From the sequence record OR983334.1: a DNA stretch of 64,000 bases. One strand, written 5' to 3'. The notes below the pieces were generated by a model. That model did no database searches, had not been told where the DNA came from, and saw nothing but the letters and a program-made list of their open reading frames with translations. Each line of letters opens with the position of its first letter. Position 1 is the stretch's first letter. Position numbers and translations under genes: made by a program. Source of the stretch: Escherichia phage 1-6bf. Shown here one piece after another: positions 23,601 through 32,591 of this stretch.

Positions 23601-24275
23601 AGGACCAGTACGACCATTGAAACTAACAACTGCTGGAACAAGCTTAGCAATCTCACTCATTGGAGTTCGATACAAACCACCATTGTCTTTGTCCACAAAG
23701 AACCCATAATCATCAGCTACAGGAGTGCTTATAGCTACATCCCCAATATCAGAGATTGTACCATCTGTTCCATCTTTACCGGGCTGGCCTTCAGGGATAC
23801 CAAAGGAGAAAACACCTGTACTATTATCAAAACTCCCAGTTGCGGGTGCTCCCGGAGGAAGGGTTGTGGCAACAACCGACATATTAGAAACCTTATCTAA
23901 TTGAGTAAGAACATCTTGCACTGCTTGGTTGGCTCGATCTGTTGCTGCATTAGCTTCGCCAATAGCAGTATTAGTGTTGTCAACAGCTTCGACCGTTTGC
24001 TGAATAAGACCAAGAAGCATTTGGTTTTGGTTTTCAAAATCAAATTTGAGTTGTTCAATATCTTCTTTTAATAAACTACCTTCTGCATAGAGTCTTTCTA
24101 CTTCCTTAAGAATTTCATCAATGCTGTTGTAGTTCTTTTGAGAAAGCATCGCCCAATACTTGGAATCAGCTGCGTATTCAGCTGCTGATTTGTAAGCACC
24201 GATAGAGCCTTCTGTAGCACCAAACTGACCTACATTATTAACTGCATTAGGTGCTGAGTTGTTGTAACTGATCAT
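20679..24275 (-). CDS. tail fibre with C-terminal intramolecular chaperone (peptidase S74-like) domain
   Basis: 1198 aa; four QGGTGA(K/R/T)xAAxARxNL fibre repeats; C-terminal HYGFIAQEVKDL motif typical of autoproteolytic chaperone domains. Confidence 0.85.
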   Translation of the reverse strand: MISYNNSAPNAVNNVGQFGATEGSIGAYKSAAEYAADSKYWAMLSQKNYNSIDEILKEVERLYAEGSLLKEDIEQLKFDFENQNQMLLGLIQQTVEAVDNTNTAIGEANAATDRANQAVQDVLTQLDKVSNMSVVATTLPPGAPATGSFDNSTGVFSFGIPEGQPGKDGTDGTISDIGDVAISTPVADDYGFFVDKDNGGLYRTPMSEIAKLVPAVVSFNGRTGPVIPAAGDYTVSQVTGAAASGVNNDINQIRGLTTALSVAQGGTGAKDAANARINLSVDRLTQLTSGETQLRNGTGSAFLYVNKDGDTWGCYSSTGTGPIALKVNQGGTGARDAAGARTNLGLGPISTLDTVPIVNGGTGATTVVSARENLGVNRVIQGGSYSDFLTANGSNRLRIQDNGAWGSSTGTGWIPLGVGQGGTGATTADAARMSLVAAKSGANSDITSMTNKVTFTQSPVIPDAVANNEPVALGQLSTETALLETKINEAKDAAAAANTNADSRVPTAQLSNTSNVAQGDALIGVKAPFAGAAARTQHDINAQFSSILDFLGDKYNGTTDAASSFISANTLLPKSREIIVPSGTYLLNSNVECYGRRFVFEEPVTFTGAGKFYGAIVNRIMSDGTTKVSQWAKPGTTERMTTSAVFGDNGVTSTGIQIGGAVPYNGADGIRMFTDGSSGWLGVRASKWPHPTEMAIYPSSKSGSCQTISGSNAVKILSGASITSEAIGKPIAIYDALYTVASVTADGFTVKNINGSPVTWGSNATHSYSLCYYHGSGVCSVSGTTVTRISGDPFVIPDASVPQTMTINGVDYRVVAFTDPQHVTLSSAPGDSASTEYKFWGTVNNLNSALRVHRINDAGFEENISLIANNSGYYALHAAASNPANEQYPLYIGSGWEDNGQMRRSIISAANGDVTLGGNYGNGPLYVPYSQTSNPQIMLDNRNGNATVTVSGGSTPDASLTIKSKGAGKVVFHSEVGVNAAMYPYVDNIYSCGKSGNRWSQIWSSNATIQTSDGTTKTEVQGSNLSTDFILGLNPVSYKNIVGGNIVEEIEDGVEEIERQVVEKVVSTEEVHERVVDGDEVYYVRKFVDKEVERPVFHEVDLRDELGNVIGTIKTPLMEKVTVPKTRQVITEVPGKRTHYGFIAQEVKDLVDKLGISDFGGYVEGEDGKLGLRYGEFISPIVSCLQDIIKRLELLEKK

Positions 24276-24284
24276 AAAATCTCC

Positions 24285-25034
24285 TTATACTCTAGAGGTA
24301 CGTATTCCATAAATATCTGGCAGGCTACTCTGAAGTCTGGTCATGTTGTTGGGTATCGCAATAGGAGAACCTGAGTACTCCTGTTTCTTATCTTGCTCAA
24401 CCATCTCATCAAGAATAGCCTTACCTAACGCAGACCATTTTTGAACACCGTTATCATCCTGAACAAAAAGACATGCATGCCTAAGGGTAAAGTATAGAAG
24501 AAGTTCTGGAGCAATCGTAAGTATTGCACTAGTATCTTCGTCTGCGTGAAACTCCGGAGGATCTGCATAATAGCTTAGAATTACAGAGTTCTCTGCTGGA
24601 ATAGCAGGACTTCCATCTTCAGGGTAAACAGGGGTATCAGCATCAATCAGTGGATAGAACAAGAAACGACTTCCGAAACGAGCAAAATTAACAGGTTGAT
24701 TATTCCAGTGAGAGGGGTTAATTGTGCCATGCTGTTTACGATAGCTTATCTCTTCTGGGGAAGTTACTTGGAATATTGCTCCATCTTTAGCTCTCATTAT
24801 CCATTGAGCTTGCAAGTAGTCCGGTGGGATGAATGCTATACCATTCTTGATACTCAGATACACTTCCTTTTCCAGAGGAGGGATACGTAAGTTGCGATAA
24901 ATCTCTTTCTCTGCAAAATTAATAAAGTTTGGAATTTGATTAACAAATTCGTCATCGTCCCTATCTGCCCAGAGGGCCACGGCTTTCTTTAGCCACCCAT
25001 AGGTATTGATGGGATATTGGACGTCAGGCATCAT
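24285..25034 (-). CDS. virion protein (head-tail adaptor candidate)
   Basis: 249-aa ORF, GGAGG RBS, between capsid and fibre genes. Confidence 0.4.
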   Translation of the reverse strand: MMPDVQYPINTYGWLKKAVALWADRDDDEFVNQIPNFINFAEKEIYRNLRIPPLEKEVYLSIKNGIAFIPPDYLQAQWIMRAKDGAIFQVTSPEEISYRKQHGTINPSHWNNQPVNFARFGSRFLFYPLIDADTPVYPEDGSPAIPAENSVILSYYADPPEFHADEDTSAILTIAPELLLYFTLRHACLFVQDDNGVQKWSALGKAILDEMVEQDKKQEYSGSPIAIPNNMTRLQSSLPDIYGIRTSRV

Positions 25035-25536
25035 AATAAACCTCCTTCCAGTTTACGCCTTTAGTAATGAGAGATATTGTGCTTTTAGAGACCCCAAACT
25101 TTCTAGCTAAGGCTCTAGCTCCAAACTCTCTATCTCTCGGTTTGTAGTTCTCCAAACAAAAGAGAACTTGCTCTTTAGTGAGTTTGGAATTAGGGTTATC
25201 CTCAAGACTCCTAGGTGTTGAGAGGCCTGTTTCAAAAGCATGTGTACAATTTTCTTGTTGAGTACACCACTCTAGATTCTCAATCCTGTTATCGTCTTTT
25301 ATTCCATTCTTATGGTTGACACAGTCCTTCCCTTCTACCTTAGGAAGAAAGAGTTCAGCTATGACCCTATGCTCTAAATATGATTTCTTTTTAAAAGTCA
25401 CTTTACGATAACCTCTGTCGCCAATACACCCGGCACGTTGTCCTTTCTGCTTATTAAAGATGTTACTCATAGACCAGAAAAGATGCCCTGTATTTGGATC
25501 ATAGGTAAAAGCTTCTCTGAAATCTGGCATTGCCAT
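25024..25536 (-). CDS. HNH homing endonuclease with C-terminal HTH
   Basis: YLEHRVIAELF ... VNHKNGIKDDNRIENLEW ... QQEN (HNH_3-like) plus LARKFGVSKSTISLI HTH; sits between capsid and tail genes and overlaps next gene by 11 nt. Confidence 0.8.
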   Translation of the reverse strand: MAMPDFREAFTYDPNTGHLFWSMSNIFNKQKGQRAGCIGDRGYRKVTFKKKSYLEHRVIAELFLPKVEGKDCVNHKNGIKDDNRIENLEWCTQQENCTHAFETGLSTPRSLEDNPNSKLTKEQVLFCLENYKPRDREFGARALARKFGVSKSTISLITKGVNWKEVYYDA

Positions 25537-25569
25537 AGGTTGTCCTCCTTGTTATATGTAGACAAAGAA

Positions 25570-25578
25570 TATACATTA
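25570..25578 (-). promoter_or_regulatory. TAATGTATA late-promoter-like motif
   Basis: exact 9-mer on - strand about 33 nt upstream of HNH ATG, just downstream of the capsid terminator. Confidence 0.4.
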
Positions 25579-25600
25579 CACACTAGCTTGTATAGGTCTT

Positions 25601-25630
25601 AAAACGAAAAAACCCCGCCCGAAGGCAGGG
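25601..25630 (-). terminator. rho-independent terminator after capsid gene
   Basis: CCCTGCC-TTCG-GGCGGGG hairpin followed by TTTTTTCGTTTT on - strand. Confidence 0.55.
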
Positions 25631-25637
25631 TCTAGTT

Positions 25638-26161
25638 TTAAGCAGGTGTTACACCAGTAAAAGTGCATGTTGCATTGATGGACGGGTCAGCTGTCAAACT
25701 TGCTTGAACAGTAACTTCGCCACTTGCAGCAGCATCTAAGGTTAACGCACCAGCGGCGCTTACTGTACCAGCTTCTATAGGAGTTACAACAAACGTGTAA
25801 TCCGCAGCAGCAGAATTAGTTACAGTAAACATGGTAGTGAAATTAGTGGAGGAACCACCAGTTTTACCCGTAATTGGACCCTTAGCTACAATAGTAGGAG
25901 CAGGAGCAACAATTTCAGAAATGGTTGCTGTACCAGAAACACCTTCTAAAGTTGCAGTAATGGATACATCAGTGGATTGAGACGCACTCGGAGCAGTATA
26001 CAAACCCGACTGAGTGATAGAACCACCGCCTGTCACTGACCAAGTAAAGCCAGTTGTTTCGGTAGAACCATCACTTTTCTCCGCGCTTGCAGTGAACTGC
26101 CGAGTAGCCCCTGTCTCTAGACTTGATAAAGACGCAGGGCTAACAGTCACACTGTCTACTG
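25638..26161 (-). CDS. Ig-like (Big_2-type) capsid decoration domain, expressed as -1 frameshift extension of the major capsid protein
   Basis: Ig-like Thr/Ser-rich ORF is open in the -1 frame across the capsid stop; slippery heptamer G_GGA_AAG lies 4 codons before the capsid stop. Confidence 0.55.
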
Positions 26162-27220
26162 TTACGCCGCCACCTTTCCCGCAGCAGTGAACAGAACGCC
26201 GGAAGCATACGGGTTGCGGTGACGCAGACCAACTTCCATTTCAATCATCCACTTCTCGTAAGAACCGTCTTTAGCCAGTTCAGTACGTTTCGGAGCACGC
26301 AGAACCATCTGAGTCCAGTCAGCGCTACGGAAGAAGTAAACTGCATCGGTAGGCATCCAACGGTTAACGATGATTTTGTAGCTCTGGCCCAGCGGGTCAG
26401 TGATGCTGTTAACTTCGTAGATGAACTGCTTGGTGTTCTCAAAGATACGCTTACGTGAACCCTGAGTATTTTCTTGCAGACCAGCGAAGATCTTAGCATG
26501 AGCTGGGTTAATCATGATGATATCTGCTTCAGAACCAGCGGTATACAGTTGCAGAGTCATATCAAAGATATCAGCTTCGTCAAAACCAATGTTAGTGGTC
26601 GGGTTAGAAGCATTCTGTGCAACTTTAACAGTTACTGCACCAGTATCTGGGTCAGCAGGACCATTCTTGGTCTTGTCAACAACACCACCAGCCAGACCGC
26701 CGTGAGCACACAGGAACTGGAATGCACCAGTCTTACGAGCTGCATGAGTGTCGTTCAGACCAACAGTTGCAGGATCAGTTGCAGAGTTAGTCAGGTACTG
26801 GTCAGCCAGAACGTCGGTACGAGCCTGACCGGATAGAAGGATTTTCTCGAGGTCACGCTTGATCTCTTTACCTTTCTTCTCCAGCTGATACATCAGTTCA
26901 CGACCACGACCGTAGTTAGCGGTGGTGTTAGCAGTATCAGAAACGCGAACAACCTTACGCAGAATCTGAGTAACGTTAGATTTGATAACAGTCGGTTTCA
27001 TTTCGCCGTCTTCAGCACGAGAGCCTTCGACGTGTGCGTTATTACCGTCAACGCTTGCCAGTGCATCGGTCTGCCAGCTAAAGATAGTCTGGTTAATAGA
27101 CTCTTTACCGGTCATGGATACGAACGGGGTATCCTGAGGGGACAGAACAGAAATCCAGTTAGCAAAAGAAAGTTTTTTACCATTCTGGTCATACGATACA
27201 AATAAAGTTGGATTAGCCAT
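26162..27220 (-). CDS. major capsid protein
   Basis: 352 aa, between scaffold-like and decoration genes, strong terminator downstream, GGAG RBS. Confidence 0.7.
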   Translation of the reverse strand: MANPTLFVSYDQNGKKLSFANWISVLSPQDTPFVSMTGKESINQTIFSWQTDALASVDGNNAHVEGSRAEDGEMKPTVIKSNVTQILRKVVRVSDTANTTANYGRGRELMYQLEKKGKEIKRDLEKILLSGQARTDVLADQYLTNSATDPATVGLNDTHAARKTGAFQFLCAHGGLAGGVVDKTKNGPADPDTGAVTVKVAQNASNPTTNIGFDEADIFDMTLQLYTAGSEADIIMINPAHAKIFAGLQENTQGSRKRIFENTKQFIYEVNSITDPLGQSYKIIVNRWMPTDAVYFFRSADWTQMVLRAPKRTELAKDGSYEKWMIEMEVGLRHRNPYASGVLFTAAGKVAA

Positions 27221-27235
27221 GTTATGTTAGCTCCT

Positions 27236-27246
27236 ATACTATTAAT
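27236..27246 (-). promoter_or_regulatory. TTAATAGTATA variant of late motif abutting capsid RBS
   Basis: TTAATAGTATAGGAG immediately upstream of capsid ATG. Confidence 0.3.
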
Positions 27247-27261
27247 AATTTAATTTGTCGA

Positions 27262-28338
27262 TTAATCTACGAGGAATTTGAATGCGTCTTCGTGACTAAC
27301 GCGACCCTCTGCGAATGCCTTGGCAACCTTAGCGTTGTCGGGCTTATTGGAAGTGCGAGACTTTGCAGCATCAGACTTCACAACCTTGCGTGGAGCACCG
27401 GGACGTTTAATCTTAGCCATCACCTGTTGCTTACCTTTATCAAATTGGTATGCTTTGTGGAGAGCTAGGAAAATAGACGGACGGTTTTCCTTCAATACTT
27501 CTTCTTCAGTAGCACCTAAGTCAATTGCGTATTGCATTAAGTTTTGATATAAGTTTTCATCCCAATTTGGAATCTCACGTTTCAGAATATTAACACATTC
27601 AATACTCTTGGCTTGGAAAGCTTCCTGCTCTTTAGCTGCTGCTTCCTGCTTAATACGGACCTGAGCCTGTTCAAGCTGTTGACGGCGAGCTGTGTACTTC
27701 TCTAGGAAACGTTTGTTTTCAACATATGCTTGAGGATCTTCTACTGCAAGCTTGTCCCAATCAAAACCGTTATAATCTTCAATTACTCGGTCTGCTTCTA
27801 AAGACGCTAGTTCTAATACATCCTTCAAACCTACTACACGTTCCTCAAATGCTTCCATATGACGCTGAAGAGTAGTCTCTCGTTCCGTCATATCGGCACC
27901 AGTAAGATAGCCATTAGAAAGTTCTTCAATAGTCATCTCACGTCCGTCAGGAAGGGTGATAACGGTTTCGTAGTCTACATCAAAGACTTCACCTTCACCG
28001 TCAGCAGAATCATCTTCATATTCTGCATCGCTTGAATCTTCTTCCTCTTGCTCTTCTGCTTCAGAGGAGTCTTCTTCATCTTCTTCGACTTCGCCTTCCT
28101 CTTCACGATCTTCCCAACCATCTTCATCTTCGAACTTAAGCTCATCGCTTTCACCGAGAAGGTCGGTATCAAAGTCGAAATCGTCACCGTCTTTTTCCGG
28201 GAACTCATCGTCAATGTCCACTTCTGGTTCTTGTTCAGATTCTAATCGACCGAGTTCTTCTTTGAAAGAACCTTTCAGGTCATCCAGTTGGAGGAAAGAT
28301 TTAAAATCGTTCGGGTCAATATAATTATCTTGTGGCAT
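27262..28338 (-). CDS. scaffolding protein
   Basis: highly acidic N-terminal half (E/D runs) and helical C-terminal half; located between portal and capsid. Confidence 0.65.
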   Translation of the reverse strand: MPQDNYIDPNDFKSFLQLDDLKGSFKEELGRLESEQEPEVDIDDEFPEKDGDDFDFDTDLLGESDELKFEDEDGWEDREEEGEVEEDEEDSSEAEEQEEEDSSDAEYEDDSADGEGEVFDVDYETVITLPDGREMTIEELSNGYLTGADMTERETTLQRHMEAFEERVVGLKDVLELASLEADRVIEDYNGFDWDKLAVEDPQAYVENKRFLEKYTARRQQLEQAQVRIKQEAAAKEQEAFQAKSIECVNILKREIPNWDENLYQNLMQYAIDLGATEEEVLKENRPSIFLALHKAYQFDKGKQQVMAKIKRPGAPRKVVKSDAAKSRTSNKPDNAKVAKAFAEGRVSHEDAFKFLVD

Positions 28339-28574
28339 TATGAAACATCTCCTGCACTATTGATAGCAGCTTTTATGACCTCTTTTAAGCTACCCACCAT
28401 TTTATACTTTTGATAACAATCTTCGCGTTTCTTATTCTCATGAGGTTCTGTTTGAACTATCTCTGTCATGAGTCTTTCTTTCAATGCCTCTAATGCTGCG
28501 TCAAGACTGCCGTTAAGGTTGAGAGCCGCCAAAGCGGCGGCGTGCTCTTTATTAAATTGATGTCTAATGTTCAT
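28338..28574 (-). CDS. hypothetical protein
   Basis: 78-aa ORF with AAGGA RBS between portal and scaffold. Confidence 0.4.
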   Translation of the reverse strand: MNIRHQFNKEHAAALAALNLNGSLDAALEALKERLMTEIVQTEPHENKKREDCYQKYKMVGSLKEVIKAAINSAGDVS

Positions 28575-28583
28575 TCGACGTCC

Positions 28584-30827
28584 TTAGTTTTTACTTCCAA
28601 GACGTTTGCCTGGAATCCGTGAATCTTTGAGAGAAGCTTGTTGCTCTTTCTTAGTTACATTAGCTTCTTTCTTTTGGAGTTCCAAAGTTTTATCCTGAAC
28701 ACGAGCTTGCTGAACAATCTTCTCTTGGTCTACCTGATGAGACATAACCATCTGCAATTCTTTCAGTACAGATTCATACTGACGGACCTGCTGTTGCATA
28801 AGAGCTAACTTGTGCTTAGCTTGTTCCAGAGTAGCATTGTTATCTTCTTTACGGTTTTCCAGAGTCATTGCATCTGCTGCATTTTCTTGCTTGAATTGCA
28901 ACTCTTCCTGACGCAGACTTAATTCATCCGCAGCTTTCTGCTGTTCGAATGTAGTACGTTCACGTTGGTCGAATGCATCAGCAATCATCTTCTGAGAAGA
29001 AGCCTGTACGTTCTCAACCTGTGCTTTAGTCATCTCGAGCTGGAGGATTTCCATCGGAGAAGGTTCTGGAGGCTGATACTGTTCCAGAGGCAGAAGGTAT
29101 TTATGTGTGTCCTTAATGCCCATCAACTCAAAGATCTGTGCAGTCATGTAACGATCTTGCTCCAAACCAAAGAGAGGTGCTAACTGTGCATCTGCTGCAA
29201 TCAGCTGCTTCAAGCTAATCAGTTTCTGTGCACGTTCTGCTTTCTCATTAGGAGAAATGGCTACAACAACTTGAAGGTTGTGACGAGCTGGCAATTGTTT
29301 CGGATTTACCTGAATCATACCACGAGGGGTTTGTACCTCGATAGGAACTTCACCATTTTCTCTGATAAGATTGTAAATACCACGCATCAATTCAACCATA
29401 CCATTGTGAGCAATGTTACGACATACCATACGGAGACGGTTCTGTGCAGCATTCATCATCAAGCCTACGGTTGCATAAGCGTTATCATTCTTAAACACAT
29501 CAGGGTTGATACCCATGCCAAGTTTAGTTACACCTGTACGTGTCTCTTTAAGCTCCTCAGACATACCTAGGAGGCCATCAATACCTTGAGGTAAGTTATG
29601 GTATGGGAACAGGTCAATAGCGTCCTGACGTTCCATTTCAACCACTCCACCGGGACGGTTATCAAGCAGAGAGCGACGATCGTATGCACCAACAAGAGCT
29701 TTGTATCGACCATAGTTAGCATTGTTGACGTTATCAATATAACCACGAACTAACGCGGTACGTAAATCTTGAATATCTTTCGTAATGTCATAGACCGATT
29801 GACCATAGAAGGAACCCGGAATCGGATACGGGCAGAAGGTTACAAACGGAATGTGAGTCACTTCTTCAGTGTGAAGGATATGCTCACCAGCTTGAATAAC
29901 CTGATAGAGTTTAGACTCTTTATTCTTATCTAGAACACCAGTACGAATGTAGTGCTCATAAACCCAAACCATAGAAGCAATGTCTTCGGTATCTGTACCA
30001 ATATCAGCATCAATATCCTGACGCCAGTCAGTACGAGACCAAGCAACTGTAGATTGAGTAGTGTCCATCGTGTCTGTCCAGTCGTTGAATGCTTCAATCT
30101 CATCTTTAGGGAAGCCCATGGCAACCAGATCTTCTTTAGAACGACGTACACGATGGCAGAAGTATTGTGCATCTGCAAAAGAGGTAGCATGTTCGTCAAC
30201 AAAGATTTGCTCTGAAGGAACATATTCAACTTTCACACGTTTGACAGTTTGTTCGTAAGTAACTTTAACATCTACTGTACCATCTTCATTTTCTTCAGTG
30301 AAGATTTCCAGATTCTTGAGTCCACCAGCTTCTAGTCCCTGAACATATGCAGCCAATGCTTCCGGTGGTACACCTTCAGCCTCTTCAGTTTGAGTAGAAG
30401 TTTGCTCATCCCAATAATATTTGATAAAAGAGTTACGAGTAACCAGACATTCTTGTGCAGCAGAAGAGATAATATTGTATCCCGGATTATCACGCAGAAG
30501 AATTTGGTTAACTAATTTAGTTGCTACATCAGCAGCATCAGAATCCTGTTGGTTGTCAGCTACGAAAGTAACTGCTTCATCACCAGAACAGAATACGTTA
30601 ATAATATCTTGCAATGTACCGTTAACAGATTCCCAAACAGTACGATCTACCCAACTAGAGCTGCCAGCAGTTACTGGTGCAGGTAAGTTACCATAGAAAT
30701 ATTCCCAAGCTTCACGAGCATAGCCCTTAACAGCTGTGTCTACGTAGCCTTGAGCATAATTAAAACGACGTTGAAGGTCAACACGTAACTCGTCCAACAC
30801 CTCTTCACTATATTTTTGCTTAGCCAT
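28584..30827 (-). CDS. portal protein
   Basis: 747 aa, immediately downstream of terminase and upstream of scaffold/capsid; GGGAGAG RBS. Confidence 0.7.
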   Translation of the reverse strand: MAKQKYSEEVLDELRVDLQRRFNYAQGYVDTAVKGYAREAWEYFYGNLPAPVTAGSSSWVDRTVWESVNGTLQDIINVFCSGDEAVTFVADNQQDSDAADVATKLVNQILLRDNPGYNIISSAAQECLVTRNSFIKYYWDEQTSTQTEEAEGVPPEALAAYVQGLEAGGLKNLEIFTEENEDGTVDVKVTYEQTVKRVKVEYVPSEQIFVDEHATSFADAQYFCHRVRRSKEDLVAMGFPKDEIEAFNDWTDTMDTTQSTVAWSRTDWRQDIDADIGTDTEDIASMVWVYEHYIRTGVLDKNKESKLYQVIQAGEHILHTEEVTHIPFVTFCPYPIPGSFYGQSVYDITKDIQDLRTALVRGYIDNVNNANYGRYKALVGAYDRRSLLDNRPGGVVEMERQDAIDLFPYHNLPQGIDGLLGMSEELKETRTGVTKLGMGINPDVFKNDNAYATVGLMMNAAQNRLRMVCRNIAHNGMVELMRGIYNLIRENGEVPIEVQTPRGMIQVNPKQLPARHNLQVVVAISPNEKAERAQKLISLKQLIAADAQLAPLFGLEQDRYMTAQIFELMGIKDTHKYLLPLEQYQPPEPSPMEILQLEMTKAQVENVQASSQKMIADAFDQRERTTFEQQKAADELSLRQEELQFKQENAADAMTLENRKEDNNATLEQAKHKLALMQQQVRQYESVLKELQMVMSHQVDQEKIVQQARVQDKTLELQKKEANVTKKEQQASLKDSRIPGKRLGSKN

Positions 30828-30888
30828 CGATTCTCTCCCTCGGTTGATAGCTTAAATAAAAGAAGGGAGGACAAACCTCCCCCTTACT

Positions 30889-32430
30889 TTAGTAACTCTG
30901 ATTCCATCTGCTTACGTTTGCCTCATACAGAGAAGCACTTCCGTAGCTAACATCATGTTTAGAGCGACCACGATGTGTAACAGAGCACGCTGAATAGCGC
31001 ATTGCATCCATTAAGTCATCATATTCTTTAATAATCTTACCAACCTTACGGTGATATCTAGCTTTCTCTTCGAATAGCTTAGCGTTAGCGGCTGTGTTAA
31101 AGATTTTAAAGCGTCCACTCATCATTCTTTCTCGGATATCTGTGATTCCCGGTTCTACAAAGAAGTTCTTTTTACCATCCATTCCAATTTTGTTGTAGAA
31201 GGTCTCACTCTGTACGTTAACTCCTGCATTCTTATAGAATTGAGCAACAGATGAGCCACTACCTTTCTCAATATTGTCCGCATCGTGCGGTAGGATGACA
31301 GGAATCCACTGACCACGACCATTAATAGCTGGAGCATGATACACTGGAGTAAAGCCACCTTCTTTATATGAGTCGTAAACATAGATAGTATCCGTGTTTG
31401 CGTCGTAAGCTGTCCAAACAGCAGCAGTTGGGTGATCAATACCAATATCAATTGCACAGACACGTTTCCACGTATCGGGAATTTCGAATGGCTCACATTT
31501 AATTGTGTCATCCGATACATCATATATCAAACCACTTCCTAACAATGGCATACCTTTCGAACGCATTTCTAATTGCCACGCTGGAATACCTTCAGTCATA
31601 TCTTTTATATCTTGGTCAGTGATATGTCCACCTAGGTCTACATGAGCATCCCACCAAGAAGCATTCTGGAAATATAGAGAACCTGTGTTCTCATCCCCTT
31701 CACCTTTCATAAATTTATCTACCAGTTCCGTTAAACCGTTCTCTGGTGTAGCTGTAATTGTAACTAGACCTTTAGTTGTGAGTGTACGTGTGACGCACTG
31801 TGCGAATATAGCCATAGACTCGTATGGATCTTCTTCGTCTAACCAAATGTAGTCAACTGTCGCACCCATCAATGTGTGTTCACCCTGTTGGGTTGAACGG
31901 AATTCTAATGTACTTAAACCGTCAAACTCTCCTCTTTCATTTTGATGTTTGATTTGTACGATTTGAAGTTTGTTACCATCTCGTTCTATCGTGTCAATGA
32001 CGATAGCATCACGAGGAATGACACCTGTCCCTAATAAGTTTGTATCCTTTCCGATAGGTGTACCAAACAATTCCTTTTGCAATACTTTCCTTGTGGAATC
32101 CCCTGTAATACCAACTGCCCATGCTAAGATAGGTCTTTTAAATTTATATCCTGTCCACCAAGTTGGGTAGCGACCTGTGACATGACAAGCAAACTCGTAT
32201 GCCTCGCTGTAAGATTTACCAACACGGTTCGCTGCACACAAGAATCTAAAGCGATGCTTCAATCCTGCTGCATAAAATTTCTTTTGGAAGTCGTACGCCT
32301 TGAAAGACAAAATCCTATTATACTTCCTCCATTGGTCACGCTCTTTCAACATATTCAATAGTGCTTTCTTTTCGTCTACACTAAGGTTGTTACCAGTTAG
32401 AGCTTCATAAATTTGTTTATCTAATGACAT
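30889..32430 (-). CDS. terminase large subunit
   Basis: Walker A-like AANRVGKS, Walker B-like IWLDEED, C-terminal nuclease-like region; GGAGG RBS. Confidence 0.9.
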   Translation of the reverse strand: MSLDKQIYEALTGNNLSVDEKKALLNMLKERDQWRKYNRILSFKAYDFQKKFYAAGLKHRFRFLCAANRVGKSYSEAYEFACHVTGRYPTWWTGYKFKRPILAWAVGITGDSTRKVLQKELFGTPIGKDTNLLGTGVIPRDAIVIDTIERDGNKLQIVQIKHQNERGEFDGLSTLEFRSTQQGEHTLMGATVDYIWLDEEDPYESMAIFAQCVTRTLTTKGLVTITATPENGLTELVDKFMKGEGDENTGSLYFQNASWWDAHVDLGGHITDQDIKDMTEGIPAWQLEMRSKGMPLLGSGLIYDVSDDTIKCEPFEIPDTWKRVCAIDIGIDHPTAAVWTAYDANTDTIYVYDSYKEGGFTPVYHAPAINGRGQWIPVILPHDADNIEKGSGSSVAQFYKNAGVNVQSETFYNKIGMDGKKNFFVEPGITDIRERMMSGRFKIFNTAANAKLFEEKARYHRKVGKIIKEYDDLMDAMRYSACSVTHRGRSKHDVSYGSASLYEANVSRWNQSY

Positions 32431-32591
32431 ACTTCCTCCAGTTTAAAAATAGAAAAGGGAAAGTCCCTTCGTCAAAGAACCTCCCCTCTCCACTACAAGG
32501 GTACACTGCAAAAGAACATCGTGGCAATAAAACTATAACAATCCTCAGATTATTAATCAGATGATCTTCGACAGCTCCCTGTTTCCTTTAC

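Noticed and set aside
27975-28245. ORFs 27975-28214 (-) and 28048-28245 (+) inside the scaffold gene
   Set aside because: Lys/Phe-rich translations produced by the alternate frames of the acidic GAA/GAT-rich scaffold coding sequence; frame artefacts.
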